From the NCBI GenBank assembly GCA_951406725.2, contig OX597819.1:88412001-88476000 (forward strand): a stretch of 64,000 nt of DNA, in the 5' to 3' direction. The notes under the pieces are model-generated. The model did no database searches, had not been told where the DNA came from, and worked only from the letters and a program-made list of their open reading frames with translations. Source of the stretch: Octopus vulgaris (lineage: Eukaryota). Positions 41,802-53,723 of this stretch are shown here, piece after piece. The translations under genes and the position numbers were made by a program. The number at the start of each line of letters is the position of its first letter. Position 1 is the stretch's first letter.

Positions 41802-41873
<72 letters not shown>

Positions 41874-41893
41874 AGGAAGGAAGGAAGGAAGGA

Positions 41894-41957
<64 letters not shown>

Positions 41958-41985
41958 AGGAAGGAAAGAAAGACAGAAAGAACGA

Positions 41986-42025
<40 letters not shown>

Positions 42026-42026
42026 A

Positions 42027-42102
<76 letters not shown>

Positions 42103-42125
42103 GAAAAGGAAAGAAAGAAAAAGAG
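41720..42125. repeat. (AAAG)n tract
   Basis: Directly visible; an oppositely oriented (TTTC)n tract lies at ~42410-42590. Confidence 0.95.
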
Positions 42126-42519
42126 AGACAGACAGACACAGAAACAGAGTGATGGTGTAAAGAGAGCGAAAGAGGAGAAAGGAAATACGTTGAAGAGAAA
42201 ATGGAGAAAAAAGAGCAGGGAAACTGTACATATGTGAATATCTATGTGGAACGATTCATTTGTACTTTTATATTCGCCCACTGAACTGCTTCGAGCTTTC
42301 ATACAGCCTATATATTTCTTTCTTATTCTCTAGCTCAAAGTCTCTCTTCTATCTCCTCATTCTCTCTCTCTCTTCATAGTCTCTTTCAACTTGTCACTCC
42401 ATCATCCTTCTCTTTTTTCATTCTTTCCCTTCTTTCTTTCTTCATTCCTTCCCTTCTTTCTTTCTTCATTCATTTCCTTCTTTCTTTCTTCATTCATTCC
42501 CTTCTTTCTTTCTTTCTCC

Positions 42520-42589
<70 letters not shown>

Positions 42590-42720
42590 CATCGTCTCTC
42601 CTTCATAGTTGCTGCCAGAATAGGATAGCTTCCTTCGTACAACGTGACAAGCTTTCGCTAGTTAATCTCGACTGATGATTACTTCAGCTATTGATCTTTC
42701 CGTGTAATGATTTCCGACAG

Positions 42721-42819
42721 GTGACAAGTTGCTATGGCCACCCTGACAATACTCACACTACACCTCTCCAGCATATTTCATCGATTGGATCTCGACTCGA
42801 TGTTCCATTTCATAACTTT
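42721..42819 (+). other. Candidate host exon (possible first coding exon)
   Basis: Acceptor ttccgacag|, donor |gtaagc, and ATG at 42734 in gctATGG context giving MATLTILTLHLSSIFHRLDLDSMFHFIT; no homology recognised. Confidence 0.25.
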
Positions 42820-42853
42820 GTAAGCAGACGATTTCCGGTTTTTTTTTTACAAG

Positions 42854-42928
<75 letters not shown>

Positions 42929-42935
42929 TTATCTA

Positions 42936-42970
<35 letters not shown>

Positions 42971-44369
42971 GTCTATCCATCTAGCTATCTAGCAAAATCT
43001 GCCTGTCTGTTTATGTATCTACCTATCTGTCTGTCTGTCTGTCTGTTTTTCTCTACTTATCATCTCTTCACCTACTTAAATATTTACCTATCTATTTCTC
43101 TCTTTTTCTCTTGATATATGTATGTGTGCGCACACACACATGCACACACACACACACACGCGCACACACACTTGCACACGCACATATGCGGTGTAAAGTC
43201 CTTCACTCCTATATCCAGTGTGGTACTACGTGGGGACACCAAACCCAGGAATAGGCTGGTTTGCGGAATACGAGCCACGCAATAATATTAATAAAATAGA
43301 GAAAACATGTTTCCTGCATTTTATTACATACTAGCAGAGGTACCTGGCATTGCCCGGTCACATTCAATTGAAGAATTAGACTTTTCTGTTATATTTTCTG
43401 AATATCTATGTTTCGAATTTCATCAAAATTGCAGATGAGGGTTATTTCCCTCTTTACACACCCTAAAAAAATTATAATCGTTCCACATAGAAACCAAAAG
43501 ACGAATGATCACAATAAGCAGTCAGTTACCCTACCCTAGTCGTTACCACTCCCAATGTAGGATTCCTCACCATCCAGGTGACAGGCACAGCCGTATGATG
43601 CATTACGAATCTATAGCAATTGGAAGGGCGTGACCCAACTGAAATCAACATTAACAACTGTGTGACGTGAGGGCTTAGGAGAAATTAAAGTGTCACCTCT
43701 GGAGTCTGCAAATGACCACTATACTGATACGTAACTGGACAGAATGAATTTAAAATCTATAAATGTCTTTGAATAACCAGTCACTCATCTGGGAAGGCCT
43801 TGTAATCAATGTTACCATCTGGGGACTATGTGTGACCGAGTGATAATAAAAAGACTGAAAGGAGGTCTGCAATCAAATAACTTTACTCAACACTTTGCAA
43901 CTGAATCAGTGGAGACAAAGACACCTCTCATTTACTTAACAATTTATGCACCACATTGCAGAAATCACAATGTAAGTGTATGTCAAAGCAAACTGTTACA
44001 CTGTTGTACCATTGAATTAGAAATAATGCCCAACTTTTATGCTCGGGTAACCCTACAGCTTTCAAGAGCACAACTGTATTCGTTTTTGCTTAGATAAAAT
44101 GACAAAATTGTAGGTGTTAAGTCCCCATGGAGGGGTCTTTCTAACTTTGTAAGAAGATGAAATTTTATAAATATTACTTCATTTGTGTCTAATATCTATG
44201 GTTAAAATTTCATCAACAGCAAAAATATATGAATTGTCATGGAGGTTATGGCCCATATGCTTAGAATATAATTTCCAAATTTCATAAAGATCCATTCAGT
44301 ACTTTTGACCTAGTTTTGGATTATTAAAGAAATTACTAAAATTTGGGAGTTAAGGCTCCCATTAGGGTG

Positions 44370-44506
<137 letters not shown>

Positions 44507-44780
44507 TAGATACACACACACACACACAAAGATAAATTGATAGATACAACTGAGTGGGCGAACAAAAATATAGTGCTTTTTTATGTTGATAAGCCTAGTA
44601 CTTATTCTATTAGTTTGTTCTTGTGAAACCAGTAAGTTTTGTGGATGTAAATAAATGAACAGCAGTTGTGAAGCAGTGATGAGGGCGAAACACAGACACA
44701 AAGACACACACATACACTTACATATATACATATATATACGATTGGTTTGTTTCAGTCCCTGTCTACAAAATCCATATATA

Positions 44781-45937
44781 TTGTTGTTGGCATCCTTTTT
44801 GTCTCGGGAGACAATGGAGTTGCGCATAAAATAATCTAGTCCGGCTTTTACATTTTATGTCCTTATACATCTCCTGCTGTGGCTGTGTAGTCCTATCCTA
44901 GACAAACACTCCCTCTGGCAGGTGCCGCAAATGTAGCGAAGACTTTGCCTGGCTGGTTGTAAAGTCATACTTTCTTGTTGACGTCTTTTCTTGTCTTTCC
45001 ATTTCTCCTCTCCCTCTATGTCACTCCTTTGTGTTCCCTCTTTTACGGTACGTCGCCAATCTCCACGGTTGCTGGCAACTGCTTCCCTGTTGGTAATATT
45101 GATGTTGCAGGCATTCATGTCCCTTTTGCAAACATCCTTCTGTCGTAAGAACGGTCTTCCCACAGACCTAGTGCTCCTAGCAAGCTCTCCGTTGAGTATG
45201 TCCTTGGAGATTCTGCTGTCTTCCATACGGCTAACATGTCGAAGCCATCTCATACGTCTTTGTGTGAGGAGTGTAAACATGCTTGATATTCCTGCTTGCT
45301 TGAGGACATCTTTGTTGGGGACATGATTCTGCCATTTGATGCGAAGGATTTTCCGGAGGCAGCGCAGGTGAAAGATATTTAGGCGACGTATGGCGACGTA
45401 TGGCGGGTGTATGGCGTCCAAGTCTCACTTCCATACGGTAGAGTGCTAAGTACACATGCCTGGTAAATCTTCATTTTTGTGGTCTTGGTCAGCTTATTGT
45501 TGTCCCATGCCCGTTTGGAGAGTTGGGCCATCACAGCAGCTGCCTTGCCAATGCGTATCAAGAGATAGGTTGTAGGTGACGGTAGAGCCAAGATAGGTAA
45601 ACTTCTCCACCTCCTGTAGTCTGTGGTCTCCAATATGCATGTTTGGGATGATCGATGTAGCCTGTCCCATGATGTTGGTCTTCTTGAGGCTGATAAATAA
45701 GCCAAAGTTGCCACATGCTTGCTCAAAACAGTTGGTGATACCAGAGCGGCATCATCAGCAAATAGCATCTCCTCGATCAGGACGCTTCTGATTTTGGCCT
45801 TGGCACGCAGACGCGAGAGATTGAACAGTTTCCCATCACTTCTACTGTGCAGAAACACTCCATCATCTGATGTCACAAAGGCATGTGACAGCAGCAGCGA
45901 GAAGAAGACGCCAAATAATGTAGGAGCAAGGACACCC
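44781..45937 (-). mobile_element. RTE-clade (BovB-like) LINE, 5'-truncated
   Basis: RSDGKLFNLSRLRAK...EMLFADDAAL, LPYGSETW, FHLRCLRKILRIKWQ, C-terminal CGTCQRECLSRIGLHSHSRRC, tail gtctcccgagac..gatgcc(aac)n. Confidence 0.92.
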
Positions 45938-45944
45938 TATTAAC

Positions 45945-46373
45945 CCGTTAGATTTTGCTATAACGCACATTTTCCACTGAAGTCAACCAGAGTATTTTCG
46001 TGACTAGGTGGATACTGGGTTGATAGTTGAGCTCTGATTGGCCGTACGCAAATGAGTTCATAACTGGGGTACGGAGCTCCCGCGGAAACAAAAAATTCGC
46101 GTCCAGGCAAGATTGTTTTATGGAAGACCAACAGTCGCCTTTGCATACCAACCTCTCCTCTCCATGCCACCGGTGCTATGCAAGGGAAAGGCAAAAACCG
46201 ATACGGCTTAGCACCAGTGATATCGCAACTCATTTCTACAGCTGAGTGAACTGGGGCAACATGAAATAAAGTGTCTTGCTCAAGAACACAACACACAATC
46301 CAGTCTGGCAATTGAGCTCACCACCTCATGTCTGTGAGCCCGAGGCTCAAATCACTGAGCCATGTGCCTTCAC
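45945..46373 (-). mobile_element. tRNA-derived SINE sharing head and core with family D
   Basis: gtgaaggcacatggctcagtg head and ttgagcaagacactttatttcatgttgccccag core; different 3' body. Confidence 0.7.
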
Positions 46374-46420
46374 CCCCTCCCTCACACACACTCTCTCTCT
46401 TTCTCGCTCTCTGTCTCTTT

Positions 46421-46515
<95 letters not shown>

Positions 46516-46656
46516 TATAGGAAGAGAGAGACTGAGGATAAAAAGCTTCGAATGACCCGTCATTGTTTTTTGTATCGTTTATCTGGATGTTTTGTTGTCC
46601 CTTTTTGTATCATCTAGTTGTCCGGATGATTTGCGTTCTTGTCCCATTTTGTATGT

Positions 46657-46788
<132 letters not shown>

Positions 46789-46805
46789 AAGAGAGTGAGA
46801 GAGAG

Positions 46806-46840
<35 letters not shown>

Positions 46841-47794
46841 GGTGTGTGCGCGCGTCTACCTAAATTTACTATATTTATAGCTTATCGGACAAATCAGTCT
46901 CTACACAATTATCTACCTATCTTTGCACATCTATCTATCCTTCTATCTAGCCATCAACTTACCTGTTCATCTATCTAATTAATCTATCTATCTAGCTAGC
47001 TTTTTTCCTTTTCACAGGTTTCAAGGTTTCAGTCGTTGTGCTCTGATCCTGATGTAATATTGTCTTTAAGAGATTTAGTTGAACAAATCAAACTCGGTAT
47101 TTACTTGTCTTGTAATTATTTTTTTTGCTAGTTTACGAGCATGCACTGCATAAAGGAACGCAACATATACAACACCGGTTTTTAGTATAAACACAGCAAC
47201 GGATAAATATACATAAATTTACTTATACATACACGCACAAACACACACACATACACACACACATTCATACACTCAGTCATACATACATACATACATACAT
47301 ACATACATACATACATACATACATACGTACGTACGTACGTACGTACATACATACATACATACATACATACATACATACATACATACATACGTACATACAT
47401 ACATACATACATACATGCATACATACGTACGTACGTACATACATACATACATACATACGTACATACATGCATGCATACATACATACGTACATACATACAT
47501 GCATACATACATACATACATACATACATACATACATACATACATACATACATACATACATACATACATACATACATGCATACGGCATTGGATGGCCTTGA
47601 CTTTCCTGAGTTTATTCACCCTTCGACAGGTTTTGTTTTCCATCCCGCAGGCCGTCCCAAAATTACCCTCCTCAACATGCAGGCTTGCTAAGGTTGCCGG
47701 TTTAACTGCCGTCGGCTAAATCATGCAATATGGGTTGCACTAGGTTATATGATTACCAGGAGCGGGTCTCTGGTGAGCAGGTTCTTGATTTAGG

Positions 47795-47887
<93 letters not shown>

Positions 47888-48024
47888 ACACACACACGCA
47901 CACACATATGTATGTATGTGTGTATTGGTAGGATGGGGTAGTACCGCAGTATGCAGGATCTTCTTGGTTATTATTTTTATTCAGCTCAGAAATTTAATGC
48001 ATTACCACAGAGAATGTTTCACAT

Positions 48025-48196
48025 AGGCGTAGGAGTGGCTGTGTGGTAAGTAGCTTGCTTACCAACCACATGGTTCCGGGTTCAGTCCCACTGCGTGGCA
48101 CTTTGGGCAAGTGCCTTCTACTATAGCCACGGGCCGACCAAAGCCTTGTGAGTGGATTTGGTAGACGGAACCTGAAAGAAGCCTGTCGTATATATG

Positions 48197-48240
<44 letters not shown>

Positions 48241-48445
48241 CGTTTGTGTGTCTGTGTTTGTCCCCCCAACATCGCTTGACAACCGATGCTGGTGTGTTTA
48301 CGTCCCTGTCACTTAGCGGTTCGGCAAAAGAGACCGATAGAATAAAATAAGTAGTGGGCTTACACAGAATAAGTCCTGGGGTCGATTTGCTCGACTAAAG
48401 GCGGTGCTCCAGCATGGCCGCAGTCAAATGACTGAAACAAGTAAA
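48025..48445 (+). mobile_element. SINE family A, full length
   Basis: Colinear with the other copies. Confidence 0.9.
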
Positions 48446-48749
48446 AAAAATATAAACGATACTCTCTATCTCTGTCTTTCTGCTTTTTTCTTCCTCTCTT
48501 TCTCTCCCACTTTCTCCCCCTTCTCTCTCCCTCTTTCTCCCCCTCTTTCTCCCCCACTTTCTCTCCTTCTCTGTCTGTCTCATTTTTTTCTCCCTCTCTT
48601 TCCATATTTCTCTTCTACATTTTATGAATTTGAGTTTCAGCGTTTAGATTAATTCCAAGTCTTTTTTTTTTCTTCCTATTTTTGACTGTCAATAATTTTT
48701 TTCATAGCTTCAAACCAGTCAGCCAATATGTTTACTTACGCAGGGCTAT

Positions 48750-49700
48750 TTGGTGGAAAGGAGCTGTGTGCAGTATGATTCTCTATGGTTGAGAACCAAT
48801 GCTCTCCCTAATGTCAGCATGACAGCTGCTAGCTGCCTAGTAGAGAATGCTCTCACGACCCAGCCTGAAAGATGACAACGCATAAATATCAGACATTACG
48901 GAACATTGTGATATCAAAGATTGGAACTGGTTTTTTATCTGGGACTGGTTAATATTTTCCGTTGTTTACTTCTGTCCGTATCACAAAGCACGGAAACTTT
49001 GTTGGAATAAACTTCATATAAGTATCATCCTGTCATCAGATTTGCTGTAGTTTTGGCTTAACATTTTATATACCTACTTCACGTGACACTTGAATATCGT
49101 ATGTTTGAATGTGGGTTCTGGCGGACTTTAATTTTTCCGCAAATGATTATCAACTTGAAGTAGAATATAAGCGTCTGAGAATAGTACTTTGTGAATCTAC
49201 ACTGACTGCAAGAGATTTTGTCGATAGAATACAATTATCTGCAACTGGTTATCTGTGTCTGGTTTCGTAAATGGTAAACGAATTGCCTGATTGTCATGAG
49301 GCATCAAAGTCTCTCAGACGGTGATATCCAATCCTAATGGATTCTATGAACTTAGTCATTGACACGTCAAAAGCTTTGGTTTTGTGTTTACTCTTGTCAA
49401 AAGAGACTTCGGCGTCTCATCAATATCTGATGTTGAAGAAGGAACTGTGTTAAACAACTTTGGCCAATGTAAAATCCTTGTTAAATTCTTGCATTGAATA
49501 TTCGTTCCACTACTCTGATAAATGTTAAGTGATAGATACAGGTCTATTATTATCCACTTGTGCTCTTTTTCTCTTTTAGGACTGGTGGATGGGTGAGTCA
49601 TTCGACCAACCTGGAAATGTTCCTTCAACTTCGATAAATAATTTACAAAGGTCCTACTTGACTGTTCTTTTATAATTTTCAGTGATGGCTAGTAAATCAT
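48750..49700 (-). mobile_element. Highly decayed CR1/L2-like RT fragment
   Basis: Minus-strand remnants NNRPVSIT (cf. NYRPISL), LDIT..MPHD (cf. LDFSKAFDSVPH) and SFAEKLK (cf. FADDLK) in the expected order. Confidence 0.45.
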
Positions 49701-49879
49701 CCAGTCTCAGAACAGAACTAGAATTGAAAGAGATTAATAGAGTCTACAGTATTCTTTTGGTAATGTTCGTGTGAGTGAACGAGCTATTTGTATTACGAAT
49801 AATGCTGAAGTGAATCGCTTTGTGGTTAATAAATTATTCATTTAAGAATATATATACTCATATATATATATAATATATT

Positions 49880-50091
49880 CTTTCTACTATAGGCTAAAGG
49901 CCTGAAAATTGGAGAAGGGAGCTAGTCGATTACATCAACCCCGGTGTTCAACTGGTGCTTATTTCATCAACCCCGAAACGATGAAAGGGAAAGTCGATAT
50001 TGGCGAAATTTGAACTCAGTACGTAAAGACGGACGAAATGCTGCTAAGCAGTTTACACGGCGTAATAATTATTCTGTCAGCTCACCGCCTT
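49880..50091 (-). mobile_element. SINE family B, diverged
   Basis: Reverse complement of aaggcggtgagctgacagaat...gagttcaaatttcgcc...ctttcatcgtttcggggttga. Confidence 0.75.
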
Positions 50092-50120
50092 TCCTCATAT
50101 ATATAATATAAGATATTGCA

Positions 50121-50175
<55 letters not shown>

Positions 50176-50959
50176 AGGTATGTGTGTGCGTATTTATCTC
50201 TGTGTATGTATATATGTATAAATACACACGCACATACTCACACACACACTCACACATATATATATATATATACATATGGAGAGAAAGAGAGAGAGATGGA
50301 GAGATAGAGAGACAGAGAGACGAAGGAAGAGAGAGGAAAAGGGGAGAGGTGGAGATAAACACATAACAGATGGTATATCCCTGGGTATCATTGGTATTTG
50401 ATCCATCTTGCCATTTTAGTGGCTTGGTCTGAGATTTTATTGCAAGTGACTCAGATGTATAACAGAAGATAGCAGTAGAATTAGATTCGATTCTTTTTAT
50501 CAATGCGAATTATTTCAGAAATAGTTCCTCGTCAATCGGTTTTTGAAGATTATATTCAGTATAAGCCTGGCAACTTTTTTTGTTATCATCCTGAGGTCGT
50601 ACAAGGAGTTAATTGCTTATTTGTTTCATTCGCTTGTTTCTTTTTCAAAGATCCAGCCGTGTCTGGGAATGATGTTCTGAATATAAAAAAACATGTTTAC
50701 GAAGAAGCTTTTCTTTATTGTTTTAAAGATTTTACGGAATTGTACTCATCTAGCGACAGACTTGATCTGAGACCGCGTGTTGAATATGAAGCAATTATAT
50801 TGTGAAAGAGCCATTTTAGTCGTCTGAAAACACACAAAAAGTTATTAAATCCACTTTTCACTTTTTTTTCCCTTGAAGTATCAAAATTTTCGTTACGCAA
50901 TTACGACCATGTCACAGACTCAATTTCTTTGTAATTGCTGTTTTGGGGCGTTTGCTTTA

Positions 50960-51175
50960 TTCTTTTATTCTCTTATTCTTTTACTTGTTTCAATCATTTG
51001 ACTGCGGCCATGCTGCAACACCACCTTTAGTCGAATAAATCGACCTAGGACTTATTCTTTGTAAGCCTAGTACATATTCTATCGGCCTTCTTTGCCGAAC
51101 TGCTAAGTTGCGGGGACGTACACACACCAGCATCGGTTATCAAGCGATATTGGGGGCACAAACACAGACACAGAA
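50960..51175 (-). mobile_element. SINE family A, 3' half
   Basis: catttgactgcggccatgc...cggttatcaagcgat. Confidence 0.85.
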
Positions 51176-51659
51176 ACATATATACATACACACACACACG
51201 CACACGCGCACACACAGACAGAAACATCATAAAATGCTCATAAAATGCTTTTGTAATATTGTACTATTTGTTTACAAAATAAATATAAGATAAAAAAAAA
51301 TTGTCAACTTTTATTATATTCATTATATATATTGTTTCCGGTATAAATTAATATTACTAAGAAATATTACCTGTCCCTGGTACATTGGAGAAAAAAAAAC
51401 TCCCGGTACGCCACATCAGATAGTTTGAGAAGTATTGATCTATGTCATATTAATGTGAAATCTTCAGATGCTACACTCCAGATTATAACTTTGAATTTAT
51501 ACCAATGAATATTTGGGCTCTTAAGATATGTAACTGTTTTGTAAAGTCAACCAACACAAGAGCTGGACTTTACAAAACCGGAAAAGGCAGGACTAGTTAA
51601 GAAATTGAAAGTACAAGTCATTTTCAGAAGTGTAACCTGCAGTAGACACATACGCGCAC

Positions 51660-51730
<71 letters not shown>

Positions 51731-51731
<1 letters not shown>

Positions 51732-51837
51732 TCTATAGAAACTAAAGGAATTCTCGAACCAAGATGACTGTGAAGACAGCTTAGAAAATCTGACCACATC
51801 CATCCTGCGTTCGAGAATTCCTTTAGTTTCTGAAGAA
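51731..51837. repeat. Short hairpin-forming inverted repeat
   Basis: 23-bp perfect arms agaaactaaaggaattctcgaac (51737-51759) / gttcgagaattcctttagtttct (51809-51831), with imperfect extensions. Confidence 0.9.
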
Positions 51838-51869
51838 TACCGACACACTCGGCGCTTGTATGTTTGTTT

Positions 51870-51918
<49 letters not shown>

Positions 51919-51919
<1 letters not shown>

Positions 51920-52142
51920 CTCTTACTCTTACTCTTTACTCTTACTTGTTTCAGTCATTTGACTGCGGCCATGCTGGAGCACCGCCTTTAGTCGGGCAAA
52001 TCGACCCCGGGACTTATTCTTTGTAAGCCCAGTACTTATTCTATCGGTCTCTTTTTTTGCCGAACCGCTAAGTGACGGGGACATAAACACACCAGCATCG
52101 GTTGTCAAGCAAAGCTAGGGGGACAAACACAGACACACAAAC

Positions 52143-52209
<67 letters not shown>

Positions 52210-52380
52210 CATACATACGACAGGCTTCTTTCAGTTTCTGTCTACCAAATCCACTCCTCACAAGGCTTTGGTCGGCCCGGGGCTATAGCAGAAGACACTT
52301 GCCCAAGATGCCACGCAGTGGGACTGAACCCGGAACCATGTGGTTGGTTAGCAAGCTACTTACCACACAGCTACTCCTGC
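51919..52380 (-). mobile_element. SINE family A, full length
   Basis: Reverse complement of family A with an expanded internal (TA)n. Confidence 0.9.
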
Positions 52381-52386
52381 TGCATA

Positions 52387-52534
<148 letters not shown>

Positions 52535-53516
52535 TATGTGTGTATATGTATGTATATATGTATATATATATATATGTGTGTATATGTATATATATGTGTG
52601 ATTATATATGCATATATAAGTATGTAAATATATATGTATATATATCTATGTATATGTGTATATATATGTGTTTATATATATATATATATACGCATATATA
52701 TGTGGGTATATATATATATATATATGTATGTATACGTGTGTATATAGATATATATACATATATAGTGAGAGGGGGAGAGAGAAAATGAAAGAGAGAGGGC
52801 AAGAGACTTACAAAATATACGCCTGTGTTTATATACATAAAAACAAAAAATACAGGTCACATATGCAATGATATACAAGTTTAGACACACGAATATACGT
52901 GCGTTGGTACATACATACATGCGACTAAGCTGCTCTCTAGATTCCAATGAAAAGAACCTTATTTCTAGTTTTGGAAACAAGCTTTTTTTTCGATGTGTAA
53001 GAAATTAAAAACATAAAACGATAACAATTTCTATACGCACACATTCATACACAGATACAAACGCATCTATACGCAATGACCACATATATGTGTAATTCTT
53101 CGCAAGTGCGCACGCGTGTCTGTTGACATTTTTTGAATTCTATTCATATTTTCAGATAAGCCCTCAATGCTCAACATTCAGGCTACGGAAATATTTTGCC
53201 AGATCCAGTTGCCCTCGTGATTCTAAACTTATGCTCTGCCCGGTGTCGAATTTGCTTTCTTTATTATTACTGCCACAAAAGTCAGCATACCCATGGTTTT
53301 TCGAGGGGGGTGGGAGATTCATGAGCAGTCCTGGAATGTCTCCTCCCTGTTGAGGATCACACATTATTGAATTTTTAATATTTTGTTAGTCTTCTTTACA
53401 CGCAAAACCCTCACGACACACTCACACACATACACACATTCTTTGTTTTGTCCTGTGCTGTCCATAATGTTTTGCTTAGTGTAAACCCTTGTAGTTAATA
53501 AAGAAATCATCATCAC

Positions 53517-53573
<57 letters not shown>

Positions 53574-53592
53574 TATTATTATTATTATTATT

Positions 53593-53665
53593 ACTTTTTT
53601 TTTTCTTCTTTCAAATTTGCTTCCATTTCTTGCCGAGTGTCTTCCCGACTCCTAGGGCAAAGAAA

Positions 53666-53723
<58 letters not shown>

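Noticed and set aside
46530-46565. Hammerhead-like ctgagga...cgaat
   Set aside because: GAAA box and helices not supported.
50400-51440. hAT (Charlie/Buster-like) remnant
   Set aside because: Only faint peptide resemblance and a degenerate terminal motif; not enough to annotate.
53156-53353. Coding exon after the tttcag acceptor
   Set aside because: No convincing donor site, no recognisable homology, and phase incompatible with the 42721 candidate exon.
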